A DNA stretch of 57,396 nucleotides, filler included, from Sphacelaria rigidula (Eukaryota), in NCBI GenBank assembly GCA_964200075.2. It is 8 parts of 8 records of this genome, joined end to end, with 100 filler letters (N's around TTAATTAATTAA, not from the genome) between each part and the next. Parts side by side here need not be neighbours in the genome. Positions count along the whole stretch, not along the records: positions 35,937 to 43,023 come from CAXNAA020016556.1; positions 43,124 to 50,210 come from CAXNAA020016557.1; positions 50,311 to 57,396 come from CAXNAA020016558.1; 5 more parts are not named here. One strand, written 5' to 3'. The notes below the pieces were generated by a model. The model searched no databases, had not been told where the DNA came from, and was given only the letters and a program-made list of their open reading frames with translations. Shown in pieces: positions 36,187-50,756 of this stretch (position 1 is the stretch's first letter; each line of letters opens with the position of its first letter). The position numbers and the translations under genes were made by a program.

Positions 36187-39100
36187 GGCCTGCAGCATCC
36201 CCCCCCCCCAGCCCATAGCGCCCATCCCGGTCATCAGGTTACAAACAATTCAGGGATGGAAGAAACAAAAAACCCCTCTAGCCTGCGCATCATCCGCCCG
36301 AAGATAAAACGTGGAAAACCTGCATAATCACGGCGCAGGGAAAACCCATCATAAGCCTTGTGCATTGGTAAACCCTGGTAAGCATGGGAAACCGCACGCT
36401 AAAGGAAGAGAAATCTCTCACGCACTTTCGGACACACATGACACGATCGAAGTTTCCAGAGAACTGGCGGACAATCGTTTCCTGAACCGAAGACGGCCAC
36501 GCTTGGAGCTGGTGAAATGAGCATCGATCCGTTCAGGAGACTGCGAGCCTCGAACATCGCCAAAAATATTTCCACGAACTGGTTCGTAGTGGTGGCAGCG
36601 AAGTCCATGTTGAGGGACAACTTTTTGATGATTACTGACGCCAACCCTACTGGGTATTGAGTCCACGCGCGTTGGCCCCTGTATCAACCGACGCCTACAC
36701 TATTGAGTATTGAGCCCACGCGCCTTGGTTTCTACGTCAAGTAGGGCACAATCACATGGATCTTGCACAAGATCTACAACCACACGCATTTGGTACGCGG
36801 CAAGAAAACGAGGCACCAAATGGGGTGCAAACACATGGATCTTGTGTAAGGCGTACATAAGAACATGTATCAACAACTAGGGGACAATCGCATGGATTTA
36901 CAAGAGATGCAGACACATGCATCGCAAAGAAAGCATGAGTTGTATAGAAATATGCGGGCATGAGCATGGACGCTGAGGCCTGTATATCCTTGACGCTGGT
37001 GACTAATAGTGATCCTACGATACGGTGAGCTATATCTACGGTAGTCCTCCTGTTCGTGTGCTAGACGCTCGAGCTCTCGATGTGAACGCTCCTCGCAGTT
37101 CCCACCGCCGTGTCATTTTCCAGGATCGGTTGAAGTGGTCGGAGAGTCACATTTTCTGTTGACGTCCCCGCCAATATGTGACCTATGAAAAGCAGCTTCA
37201 ACGTATCACGACGCAACAAGGAGGCACGTCTCATTTTGCAAAAAAAAAAAGAGTAAATGACTGAAATGAATATATGGATGAAAAATAAATCTTTCGATGA
37301 AACCGCAAGAACAATTGAAAAAGATGATCGAAAGCGCACGAGTCGTACAGACTTCTACCAAAATATTGTAACGGGTACCACTATTCCTACGATGACTTAT
37401 TATCGTCACGATGGTGTTACGATATGGTCACCTGAAATACCTCTGAGAATGGCTCGACACTCGTGAGGTGCGGAGGTAAAGTGAATATAAACAATTGAAA
37501 CAGCACCCACGAAGATCAATATTACAACGCCGTATATACGAGTGAAACATGATGCACAAGACAACGAAAGCTTGCTGCAACAGTAGTGTGGAGGCAGATC
37601 TTGTCGCAGGCGGCCTCTTCGAAATGCTGATGCGGTTGGAAAAGGCTGTTGACCAAATGTTTAGTTTCGCTCAACATATCGTACCTGAGCAACCAGCTCC
37701 TCATGCTGCGAAGGTAAGACTGACGGGTTGTAGTACTTTCGTCTCGCTATAGGTGGTGCATAGCACACATGTTTTCACAGCGATAGGAGGGCGCATATTT
37801 GCAGCTACTATGCCGTAATATTGTTGACTATCCTTGTTTATTTTGTATGATGGCGTTACTGATGCGGCGTATACATCCCAGCGAAGGTAGCACTTTCCTA
37901 CGGTACAAGCAGCGTAGAGACCTCTTTGGTGTGTAGCAAGAAACACGATCTATTTCACGGTCTTGACCTGTTAGGAATTAAGCCTGCATGATGTTCCGCT
38001 ACACTCAGGAGTTGGCGATGTTATGCCGTGAAACGGTGTACCAGACTTGCTCAACCGAAAGACTTCTAGGTAACAGGCAACACCGGCCTGGGTTGGAGTC
38101 TGTGGGACATACCGGCATCGATGACACAGCAAAACATCCACGGGCTCCTGTGTTCACACCCAATTACCCGCTGTTTCTTTCGGGAATGCTAGCGGCCCAA
38201 ATAAAGTGCAACGTTAGTAAAAGTTTGAAGAATCAAAATGCACGAAATAAAAGTATGACTCGATTTTTGTACCACATGATGCGAGTCGAATCATCCCGCG
38301 TCAAGCAAGGAGCCCGACAACGTTACCTGACAAACACATGGAATGGGGAAAACTATACTTTCCATCGAGGAATCGGCGGGGCCAAGCGAAATCGGGGACG
38401 CCACGGGAGGGATCCACACTGTGTTTTGATTGATTGTCGCACTTTTACTGACCCCCCAGGGGTCCAGCCGTGGTCCCATGATAGACGTACCCAAGAAAAA
38501 GAAACTGAAACACGCTCTGAAGAAAAGAAGGAACAGAAAAAAAAAGAAGTAAAGTGCATTATCACAACCACTTTGTGTACAGTAGAAAACCCACTCAGAA
38601 AAATTAGATGAGGTCCGATCGTTTGATTCAAAAGAACAAGACGATGCCAGTAATGAATGAAATGACGAAATGCGACGGCCGAGTGAGACGGACCCACAGA
38701 TGAGTCATGCTACGGTAGGGGTTGCATATTTGGGCCCAGGCGTTTCTCGTCCAGGGGCTCCTCAACTTAGGAGCTACACAAGAATACGGGTCGGGGCATT
38801 TCTCGTTCTCAATCTCATTCGGCATATCCCTTGCCCGTTAGACTGATTATCGTGGCATGCTCTCACACATTTCATAAGTAATTCGTGGATGAAATAGAGG
38901 GCTCCTGACAATTCAAAACCTCAGAACATATTTGTATATCCCTGCCGTAGGATCACTCACATGGTGCACAGGGTGTGTGCAACAGAGCGGGGACAGCGGA
39001 ACGGATAGAAGTACACCAAGGGCGCAAACACCCAAGGTATGCGGAAAAAGCATCACGGGCGCGGTCCGCGGAAGCACCGAAGAACAAGCAGGTGCAGCCG

Positions 39101-42100
39101 GTCGGTGACATCATCGTATCGTCAAAAATAGACGATGGTGCTGAGCAAGTATACATGCAAGCATGAATTGAAAGGGTGACGATACCCACCATAAGAGCAG
39201 ACAACTACAATACCGACGGTAGCTGCAGGGGTAGAAGTAAGATCAACAGCAAAAGCAGCAACAGAGGCAGCAGCAACTGCGGGAACCACAACAGAAGTAG
39301 AACCAGTAGCAACAAACTGCGGAACGACAGGGATACGGTCACATGAGATACCAACGGCACAAATAAGGCTCGAAGTCCTGAAGCCCGCAGTAAAATGGAG
39401 CCCCCAAATACTCCGTGGTTCATAGAAATACCTATGAGATGAGAAACGTAGCCCCCGCATGCAGCGTTGGTTCCCTTCATGGAGTGAAGCCGGAAGGAAA
39501 CTAAACCAATGTGCAGTGCGCAGGCTTTTCTACGCTCCCCGCAGCAGCCCGTTTCAAGCCGCAACTTCTTTAATCATAACTGGTATGGCCTGTAGGACCT
39601 CAGTTATCCTTTACGGTAGGAAAAAAACAAGGGGTAGGTCATACATGTAGCCGGCTGGGTCGCATTGTTTGCCAGTAGGCAAATATATGCACATACAAGG
39701 GGATGCATAGGGCCGCTTTCAAAAGGGCCATTCAAGATATAAAGCCGCCTTGATTTCCTTGTCACGCCTCTCTAGACGTGAGGCTGGTTTTCCTGTATTA
39801 TCCGAAGTTGTCCTTAAATCGGAAGGACCCGTCCCACGCACGAAGTCCTGCGACAGCTGCAGAGACAACACCACACCATAAATGAAGCAATACATACACT
39901 ACAGTGATTCTATTCTCCGCGAAGTAAGGCCGGTTGGTCTTACGGGGGGAGCCTGGCGACGCACCACGGTGATTTATTCGATGTAAGGCCGAAGCGGCCC
40001 TAAATCGATTGTAGGCCGTTTATGATATATGACTGCCTCATTCGGCATGGACCAACCCGGCCTTATATTGGGCCCCCTACTTCACAAGGAGCGGGGGGCG
40101 GCGGAACCCTCTACCTGGCATACGTGCTACACCTCGTGTCACACGCACGTACCTAGTATGGTAATACTGGTATATTTTTATGGACATTGGGTGCTTAAAC
40201 AATCACCCCATACAGACTGTGCACCACATGAGGTTGACTTTAACTTTGGTATACTTACATGGACTCCAGGTGCTCAGAACAACCACTGCCTCTTTTCTCT
40301 CGTGGCTTTCTTATCCAGCAAAGACACGGTGAGGCGTGCAGGCTAAGCAACCCAGCAACCAGGAAGGCTGTGGGCAGCATGCAATAGATACAATGTCGTA
40401 GATGCTCTTACCTTGAATATAGTTAACTGCGGGCAGAATTTTGCGCGGGCACGTGACTATGACCACCAAGAACGAATATACCACAGGACTCCACTGTGTA
40501 TACGATCGTTTCGTTTCCCGAGTATCCTTCCCTCGGGGCGCGTCAGTCAATTTGTAATTTTTCGATAAGGCCAACAGATGAACAGCACTACACACGCAAG
40601 CCAACACACCATAGCGGTCGCGCACTGGATACAAAGAGTAATGCACTTCGGACATGCCAGTGTACAGGACAATGAGTGCCCACCTCGTGGCTTGGTGACC
40701 ATATCGCGGTCAAGTGCTTTGAGTGTATGCAGATTCATGCATGTCGAGGGATACGTTCAGCACGCGGCCGCCCAGTGGCTACAGTCTGTTGTTGTCGAGC
40801 AATATCACGCCGAGCATTTACGGGGGATTCAATTGCACATATAAATATACTGAAATGTGGCCAGCTGCGTACACAGTAGGCTTACTTTTGCCGAATACCA
40901 GTGTTACTGGTGAGGGGCAGTTCTCAAGATACTTCTGGCTGACGATGCTTCCATTAGTTGTGTTCAGACTTGCCTTTGCTAGATATCTCAACACGCTGTG
41001 ATCAGGGTGGAGAGAAGCGCAAGCGACTCAAAATAGTAAGTATCAAGTATGACTGTAGGACACGAGGACGCACCTGGAATATGACACGCATCGCCCGCAA
41101 CAACTCTGCTGCCCCCAAACCGCCACACCTCCGTCATCTTTTGTTTGCTTCGATATGTGACCCAGACCGACTACCATCCGGGAGCGAGCCGGCCCAACTC
41201 TTGAAGTGGCAACGAGTACGGCGAATGAGCCATGGTCGTGACAAGGACGAGGAATGGCAGGCACGATCGATGCATGGCAAAGATCTTGCGCACACATGAA
41301 ATATAGCAGCAGTAATGGCGACCGTAGACAGAGTTTCCATTTCCATTTGGGCAATAGGGTGACGGGGGAGACAGACGTATCGGCGTGAATATTCCGATCG
41401 ACATAAGACGATGGATTGGTCAACAATATATTAGGTACATCATCAGTATATGCAGATCAATATGGTAGTATCATGCTTGCAGGTTTGCCTTTAATTCTTC
41501 CCTGTGGTGCTGGGTAGTAACTAGACGAGTGGGCATTGTTGTATGTGCTTCCCCGCATATGTCGGCAAACCCCGTTTCAGAAAAAACGGTGACGGACGGA
41601 CGTATAGGTGTAGAGCGGAAGTTTTGAAATCAACGGTGTGAGACGTTGAGTCTACCATGGAGGTCGCGCGCACAGGAGCAAGCAGACGCGTAAATGCGAT
41701 GGCAAAGATGGCGGCACAAGATACTCGAACAGCACGAAGTTTCGAAATAATTTTCCCGCTAGTGCTTCATGATACGACGTACACGAAAAAATGCACCGTC
41801 GCGCCAATGACAGGAAACAGAGACATTATGCCGCACTAATCAACAGCACGATATACTAGAAACGGGGGATACGTGTCCCGGTTAAGACGTTGAAGGACTG
41901 TCCCCATCAGTAAACCAAGTCAAAAGTCCGCATGCTACAGTACCACAATATTGACTGAGAGCACATAGCCACGTCCCGATCAAGACGTGCTATTATTCAA
42001 AGCAGCAGCAGGTGGATGAAAAGGAATACCATAAAAACGTACACCACTACTTGAGCGAAAAAAACAGCATTACCAAACTTTTCTGGGATTGGCATCAGCA

Positions 42101-43023
42101 GTCCGTGGAAAACGGAACAGAAATGAACAAATTACCGTTCGTATTCGAACACAATGTGCATGAAACGCTTTGCAGATTGAAAAACACGTATACACGTATT
42201 CATGGAGAAGAAACTCTGCGTGCCCCCATTAGTAAGGCACGCGCATGCGAAAACTCTACGGTCGTTCATCAATACCTAGCGGGGGGACACGGAAGCCGTC
42301 CTCCCTCAGGTCTTGAGAGTCGTTTAAATTGTGTCAATGTAGTTGAGAAAAATCAAACTGTTCAGCTTTCACAGCTGCTGAAAACTTCGGCGCATGTTGT
42401 TACGGTGACCTTCTGTGAGCAGACGGGAGTAAGTACGGTAAGGCAACGAAAGCTAGCTATGATCGGGTTTGCCTGCCGCACTACCGACAGTGTTGCGTGA
42501 AAGCCACAAGACTTTTGCTGTCGGCGGTTGATGGCGTCGGTCTCAAATGCAACGACAAGCGGTTGATCATAGAGCACTCTCGTTCCAGCTTGTAATATAT
42601 GACCTCCTCACATCGGAATTGATTCTCGAAAGCTGTTCGTACTGTACCGAGGTGTTCACGCGATCAGCGTGTGCTCCAGGTTGCAGCATGGACGGACTCA
42701 TATTCGCCACGCTAGCAACAGTTGAGTCACCACCATAGGTATCTCTTTTGACTCTGAACGTCGCAAGAAGGTCTCTACAAGTGTTTGATCTCTCATAAAC
42801 CCCCCTCAACTGGCGTGTGGCACGCTATTCTCGTCGAGCACCCAGAGGGTCAGATGTGGGTAAAATCAACGATGAATAACACCCCCCCAAGTTCATATTG
42901 GATTTGTTATTGCCGCACTACCGCCCTTGCTGGCATGTGTGTGACAGAGAACAGTAGTAGCGGTGACGGGAACATCGCCCTGCTTTTCAACGACATGTTT
43001 TTCAGCGCACAGAGGCGCGTCCT

Positions 43024-43123
43024 NNNNNNNNNNNNNNNNNNNNNNNNNNNNNNNNNNNNNNNNNNNNTTAATTAATTAANNNNNNNNNNNNNNNNNNNNN
43101 NNNNNNNNNNNNNNNNNNNNNNN
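43024..43123. other. Artificial contig linker
   Basis: Identical pad. Confidence 0.99.
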
Positions 43124-43322
43124 ATTCGGTATAGACAATGAGTAGGGCATAATAATAAAATAATACTGGCGCACACAAGGGTTTTTGTTTTTGTTCATGA
43201 GTTAAGGGCAATAATCAGTTTTCAGATATCGGTAAAATGCCTCCAACTCATGGAAAAGAAGAAAAAAACTTTTGTGCGCCAGGTTTTTCTTTATCAAGCC
43301 CTACTCATTGTCCATACCAAAT
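43124..43322. mobile_element. ~200-bp MITE with 25-bp terminal inverted repeats
   Basis: ATTCGGTATAGACAATGAGTAGGGC / GCCCTACTCATTGTCCATACCAAAT (2 mismatches) plus internal inverted blocks CTGGCGCACA/TGTGCGCCAG and CATGAGTT/AACTCATG. Confidence 0.8.
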
Positions 43323-45395
43323 GTCAGGGTCCAACTCCAAGCATTGGCTGTATAATGGGCCTGCAAACTACAGAATCGCTTCTCGGCTGGCCCAGCTCGT
43401 ATAACTCCCAAAAACGGCGTAAAATTTGAAGCAAATATGAAATTGCTCCGACAACGTGCGGCATACATATCAAGAAATCAGTAAAACCAAGCAGAAGAAG
43501 AAACACTCACATCAGTGATATCGACGTTATCCAAGAGAATTTGTTAAAAAAACGCTCGCTGATTTCACCACGGCCTAGGAGTGAAGCGAAAGAGGGAATA
43601 TTCCGACACTAGGGTATATGGTGAACCGAGATATTCACACACTCCTTCGGCTACAAGCAATACCATGGTCTGGCTCAACCGCTCTTGCCTAGTATCTGAT
43701 TTTCTTCGCAATGTTTGGGTACTTCACTCTCCGTCCTTACAATGGGTTTGTGTTGGATACACACGACCGTGAGATACTGTTCGTCAAACTATCAATGCTC
43801 CGGCTCGGCATTGACGCCGTAAATAAAAGCGCAGTTCGTTCATTTTGCCGAGCATTTGCCGCTTCCAACATTCCAAAATTCGCCCCCTCGAGCTGGAGGG
43901 CACTGTTGCCCACAACCATGGGTGCAATCGAAGCGCATTCACTACACTGCAGTGTACAATCCTATACGGATAGCATGGCGTAGCATGGTGGCAGTGCCAC
44001 GAAAAAGACAAGAGACAGCTTACGTATGGGCATGTGTTCCCGCCGTTGTCTTCGGCTTGGATCTGACGAGAGTGGTATGCGGTGATAAACTAAAGGACGA
44101 AATAACACAAATCAAGGTCTCAGCTTGAAAAATCGTCATCTCGAGCTGTAGGTTGTCCTTGAAGGTGCCAACGGACGCGATCGAGTCATGTTCTCGCATA
44201 GGTCGTAATCCTGCTGCCGCCCACTTGCGGAGAAGACGCCAGGGAAAAAGACTGAGCAGGTCATACGAGTTCTCGTGGGCTGGGACAAGGACCAGCGTAT
44301 ATGATACGGGCCGTATACTGTGTGTACACATGATATACGACGATATTTGTTCACAAAAAATCATCTCGTCCATAAAAGAGGAGTATGGCGGTAGAGAAAA
44401 GTTGCACTGCGCAGCCATTATGCCATGACTTTGTACAAGGTTTGGTGCCAAGATCTAGCTGGAATGGTGCGACGACCACAGACCGACACTGTACCGTGTT
44501 GTACCTACTTGGGTCGTGTCTTTTCGACACCAAAAAAAGAAGCGGGAAGAGGAACAAAGACGTGCGGTTTGCCGGCCCACAAAACCACCTTGGGTTCGAA
44601 CCAAGATTCACAAACCTGGCGTTCTGGGAATAGCGGTGACTATTTCCGCACTAGACACAGTCGAAAACAAGTCTGGAAATCTCAACGGGCGTGAAACACG
44701 TGACTGAACCACGTTAGACTTTCACAACATGGTCCGAGCAAACACGCACACACATCCACGGCACAGTGCATCACGTTTCGCGCTAGCTCTCGCTAATTTA
44801 TATAGAGTGCTCTTTCCTTCACGACAATCCGTTTGACGTTGGAAGAGGGCCGGCCGTATTTGTGCAAGAAAGCGGGCTCAAGATGGAGTGGGTATGCTAT
44901 ACGGCGCCTGTCTGGCAGAAACCCTCGTGTCCCCTTCAGTTTTGGACCGATTTTCCCCGAGTTAAAAACGTCGTACTCAGTTGACCATAGCCACGACTAG
45001 GGCTCATCATCGTCTATGCTCAGACAGTTAGATCAAAAGCTTATGTGAGCTGATGTCTCAGGTCCGGGCTGCGTGACAGGTGTGTACCACAGTAAGAAGC
45101 AACATGTTGCCCTCCATGGCAAATAACCCCAAAAAGGCTTGTCGAATAGCCTGAAAAGTTCAAGAATAATTGCTTGAAAAAAGCGCCGCTGCAAAAAACA
45201 AAAAGCGTCGCCGCATGGGAAAAAAACGCCACCGCATTTTTTTTCCGGAAGGGGGCAGGGGGCAGGGGGCAGGGGCAGGGGGGGGGGGGGGGGGCGGGGG
45301 GGATGAACGGGGTTTTTGGTTTTTGGTTTTTCTTNNNNNNNNNNAGAAAAAAGAAGGAGTCGGGGGAGGGAAAGAAGCGAGGGGGCCCTTTGTGT

Positions 45396-45452
<57 letters not shown>

Positions 45453-48400
45453 TCGCGGCGATGAACGTGCTTCTTGGTTCTTGGTTCTTCTTCCTGCTTC
45501 TTTTTTGTCCCGATAAGACGTAGTCTTGCAGACATCAATTTTCATAACAAGGAAGAAAGTAAAGCGCGGAGTACAGCAGGTGGACAATTTCCTCCAGTCG
45601 TGATCACGTCACCAACGCATTTTTGCGCGCGCTGTATCAGTATGTGGCAGTGCTGAAAGTTTCAATATTCGACCTGTTGTTCCGTTAGTGCAGCAGCTTT
45701 CTTTCGTAGCAAGTGAGCTTGAGTGTGCGCGGGCTGATGTCTCGCGATGGACAGCAACGTCCACAATTCCTGTCACAGCGCTAAGCGGTGTGAACAGAGC
45801 TCTACACGGTGAATTCTTCCAGTTTTTCTTCTGCGTACATCTTTGATTCCCTAAAATGGCCGCAGCACGCACACATCGCCAAGTAGCTCTCGTAGCTCTT
45901 CCGAAGTTCGCCGTCGCTTGAAAATTGCCATGATCTGCGACTGGTCGGCCAGTATAGCCTGCAACAGGAACCGTTCAAGGAAACATCCGGTTCACGGTTT
46001 CCAAGACGATACCCGAATAACCTGACCTCATCATATTTAGTTTTGCAGTTCTATACCCGGTACTCAGGCACACATCTCGTGTAAAAACATGCAGCGCACA
46101 GATGAGAATTCGACCCGAAACTAGGGACGTACTTGGTTTTGGGAGATTCACGTCCACCAGATTTGAAAAAAGTCTCGCACGTGAAAAGTATGGGGTTTTG
46201 ACGTGTAGATACGCGAAATATTGGACACAAAATGGCTAGCCTAAAGACAGAATCGTGTTCGGCGAAAAAAACAGCCCCCAAAAACTGTTTTCGCCCACCG
46301 GCGAACTCACACTCGCCAAATATTCTTCTTCGCCCTGCGAAAAATGTGCAGCCCAGTCTTTTTTGGTGCGGCAAGCCGCACATAGTCCTCTTAAAAAATT
46401 GGGCTGCGCACGATTCAACCCTTTCAGCACTGGTATATGAAAAGAGGCTGTTTTCAAAGTGCTATGTTTTGGATGATATACGTTTTTTATTCCAGCTTTC
46501 ACGCAAAATTAGCCGCCCCGAGGCGAGTTTTCAGACCGGCGAGATTAACAAGTGGAAGAAAAGAAGGATGTATTTTTTCGACGGCGGCGAAGAAGGAGCA
46601 TACTTGTACACCCTTCGATGTTTTTCATGACCCTGCGTGAATAAAATGCACGGAGGCCTTCTGACTGGCAAGACAGCGTAGTGACAATCGAGCCGTACTA
46701 TTATGGGCCTGATGGCGAACTGCCGGTGGGCAGGATGATCTGGAGACGCGAGGTGGGCACGGGTCATTCCCTAAATCGTGGCCCGCAGTACGAAGGAATA
46801 ATTAGAAAAATCCCAAGGAGGCGTACAGAGAGGGATACGAGAAGGTCGCGCGGATTAAGCCTCGAAAGAAACACATCTGTGAAGGTAAGGTTGGCTGATA
46901 CACCTGCGACCACAGGAGTACGGTATACAGCTGCTCTGTACTGTGTTCATGAAAGGTGTGGTACGTTGGGATTGTCTCGTGATCGCTATTCTGCGCCCCT
47001 TTTTCCCCTTCAAAGACATGTCGGAAGTGAGAGATTCATGGTATTCGGGGGAGCGGCCGCTGTGCTGTCCGCCGTTTACAGGTATGTAGTGCTTGCTCAC
47101 ACTGCCCAAAGCGTGCTTGCTTGCACCATGTCACTGCCGTGCCTGCAGCTGTACTGCTGCATGCTTTGTACGACATGCTCTTGTGATTTGGGTATGCACG
47201 CATACACTGAAATGTACCGAAGAGCTACTTGCCACCACGGCGTGCAGAAGCTGACACGTTGGACAGCAATACTGGCTGCATTACTCCCTTGGTGCATCAT
47301 CACAGTGTGTGTTGCTTTCGCTTTGCGGTGTGCATCTGTGCTGTTCTTCAACTTTGTACAGCAACGTGGTTCAGCTGTGTGTTCAACCGGTACTGTTGCA
47401 CAGCGTTCACGTGCTGCATGTGTCGTTGAAGTGTGTTGTGCCTGTACGCTGCTATGTGCACGTACTCCATGAAAGTACTGTGTGCGCCGGGAGTTGCAAC
47501 ATGCTTCCCATGATATAGGAGTAGTAAGTTAAGGTAATGGCAAACAGTTGGAATAAAAAAGTGTTGAACAGCAATACCGCAGTGTTTTGCCCGATTCGGC
47601 GCCACGTCTTTAACCACTCCTCCAAAAACAGCATACGGTGAAGTCAGCAAACTCGAGGAAGCATGAAACCACTCTCAAATGAACGTTCAGGATAAGAACA
47701 GGTTCATGGCTACCTTCTCCAAGAATGTTCGCTCAATTCTACTCATCGTAGCACACAAACCGGCGGTTAATATTTCTCAACAGCTGACAAATACATGAAA
47801 GTACAAACGCGAGTCATTTTCCACTTTGGAATTCGAAACGCGATCAACTTTGTATCGAGTCTTTGAGCATACAAGATGTAACTGAAGGGATTATACTAAA
47901 ACTTTCATGATGAGAAAGAACGGCACTTCCGGGGCACATGGCTCTCGCTGGAAAATCAAACCACCATGGCCTCATACTACCTTTCGGTGCACAATTTTGC
48001 TGTATATGGCACTCGAGGCAGATATCACGCCATTTTTGTACTTGTTACGGTGATTCATTTTGCCGGCCAGCCTTCTGTTTTATTTCAAAGCAAGCACAAC
48101 ACTGTACCGTCAGTCTTGGGTGCGGGCAGCGTACTCAAGCCAATTCAGCTGCGTTTTGACGTCTTTGCACTGCCCAAGCTTTCCGACCTTGCCGCGTCAT
48201 TTCATTTACGGCATAAATGTATTCCCGCCAGGCCATTTCAAATAGATTTCCCATTGTCTACACATCACGAGCATATATTTCTTGTTATTGGAGACCCCGT
48301 GGCGCAGGAGACTTCTGCATCTGATGTCAGCACAGCGGTATTCAGAACAAAATTGAGGGGGAGTTTGTGTAATTTTTTCCGACATGTTATCGAACTTCAA

Positions 48401-50210
48401 CGAAGGCGCTAAGCCGACGACATGATAAAAACCTCGTCAAATATTTTGCAACAGAACGTTGATGATCCCTACGTCATATACGTTGCCTTCGTGAGGTACG
48501 AAGCAGTATAGCACGAGAGCAGTGCGTAGTCGCTCGCAACACCGGGGAGCTGGTCCGCCTAGAGGGGGATGGCGAACACCAACGCAGGGACAAATTCCGC
48601 CCTCCTCGCCTGACGCCTCTTCCTTTTGCTCCAAAATATCGAGTGTAGTTTGCTCCTCAAATACATCGTACATTTCAATCGTTTACACAACCAGTCATAC
48701 TCGCTGAGTGCTGCAGTTGGCCTGGAGCGACGGGCGTCAAGTATGAAGCGAGCCCCAGAATGAGCAATTGTCATAAACGGAAATACGGACGCGTGTACAA
48801 GTGTATAAGAAAAAAGACAATCTCGCTGGAGGAATAGTGGCCCCAAACATCTGCAGAGAGCACACAACAAAAATGACGATATGGATACAACGTGGGTGAC
48901 ATCCCCCGTTACTCCCCGTGCTCATTACGTCGCTAATACTTAAAACCACCAGGACGATGATACTTCTGTGGATGATGATAGCGATAGGAGATTGAAACCG
49001 AATTGCGGGAACGGCGGAGTAGGTGCCGCGGAGTGGACCACAGGGGAGTTTAAACTGGACGAATCATGCCCCAAGTACAAAGCGATGCAGCGCCAGAGTG
49101 AGGCAACCCTGAATCGCATGCCGAAAGTCGATATCACTGGGTATCATGCTGTGGTCACTGGGCGCGTGCCGGGTTGGCGAATGATTACCTCTGCAGGTGG
49201 CTACCAAGTTAGATCGCCGCATATGCCAGTTTCCTTTTGTTGTTTATGGGTTCTCATGGGCGCTTCTCATCGCTAAATTTGAGCTTTGTGAGCGGGTTCT
49301 CCTCACACGCGCGAAGCTGCGGATGACCATATGAAAATATGCGACATATTTGCTACTGTCATAGGCGGGCGCGGTGTGGGGTGCGGAAGTAGGCATTAAA
49401 GACTTCAAGGCGCCGGCGATGAACATATTTTTCTTGGGCTCACAGCGAGCACTATCGGATTTCGATCCGATTGGTTTGGCCTCGTTTTCGGCCTAGGGGA
49501 CGCGGCATGGAGCGATGCAATCTTTGACGATGGTTGTTGCCCGGTATGACCACTGATTTTGTTCCTTTTTTTTTCTCGGCAACAGGGATGGGGGCGCTAT
49601 GCCGACGGGATGTTCTGTTTGCCGCCAGAATTCGACGATTGTTGTTTTGCAACGTTTTTGATGGGTACAGGGTATTCAGTCATATCAATCCTACGAGTTT
49701 TGTCGGCGTCGCTAATCCCAAGCTGCATTTATTTTTGCTATTTTACTGTAGGAAGAAATGAGACCAACTCTTCTGGGACAAAATGTTGTGACGGTTTCGA
49801 GTAAAAGTGACCTAGACGATTCTAAATTTTGGTTACAGCGGGCGGGTTTCTGATGGAAAAAGGGCACCTCATTTTGAACGCTCGACCAAAATTAAGGACC
49901 TGTTCAGAATCGGGTCAAGACTTGAACTGTGGGACATGTCATGTTTCACTGTACTGCGGCACAACACTCTCACACCCTCTCATGCGTTGTAACTGTCACT
50001 GTACTGCGGTATGTTTAGACCTCGGAAAGACGGTTTGATCTCCGCCGGGATTGCTTGAGCTGCTGTACCGTTGTGTTCCGCTCTGTTCAACATAGTTGTA
50101 GTCAGCTAAAGTTGAAAACGCCATGATATGTTTGTTATAGTAGTCAGCGTCAGAAGTTTTCAGAATTCGTAGTCGTCCTTTTTTCCGAGTTTTTCTGGAG
50201 TACCGTTCTT

Positions 50211-50310
50211 NNNNNNNNNNNNNNNNNNNNNNNNNNNNNNNNNNNNNNNNNNNNTTAATTAATTAANNNNNNNNNNNNNNNNNNNNNNNNNNNNNNNNNN
50301 NNNNNNNNNN
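50211..50310. other. Artificial contig linker
   Basis: Identical pad. Confidence 0.99.
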
Positions 50311-50756
50311 GCCTAGCTTACGCAGTGAGTGACGTGTTTCATAGCGCCATCGCCTACCGACGCCCCCCCCATCGGGGGTCCGCCCCTACAAAGCCGGGAT
50401 GGAGCATGCCGGATTCTCGCCGGACCAGGCTGGGACTGCAGGCGAGCAACACGTTCTTCGGGCAGTGACTGGAAAATAGTGCGTATTAGTGCCAAGAACT
50501 CCCCACTCTTTCCTTGTGTTAGCGCAACAGGCATACAATTGAGACAAATATCCAAGCACAATCACGTGCTCATCATGCCAACGGCTACCGACGGTGACAA
50601 AAGCAGGAGATTAGCACCAACATTCCACAAATATTGAGCCGGAAAAAAAATGATGAAACATGATAGTCTTCCCGAGGGTACTTACTCCAACTGTAGTCCC
50701 TTGGTCATTCTTCTCGCCTTCCTACCTTTCTCCACTGCTTCATTACTATTCTAGAG

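Noticed and set aside
45120-45500. Pro-rich (formin/extensin-like) ORFs
   Set aside because: Same artefact: GATGAACGGGGTTTTTGGTTTTTGG duplicates GATGAACGTGCTTCTTGGTTCTTGG across a gap next to a G homopolymer.
46681-47472. 263-aa Cys-rich ORF
   Set aside because: Derived from TG-rich low-complexity sequence; no motif or splice support.
49135-49180. YHAVVTGRVPG resembling the RNase H1/viroplasmin N-terminal motif
   Set aside because: Only ~10 residues match and the following conserved Y..W..C pattern is absent.
7089-50310. Exactly periodic TTAATTAATTAA motif as a biological repeat or array
   Set aside because: Embedded in N runs and gives stops in all six frames; an assembly linker.
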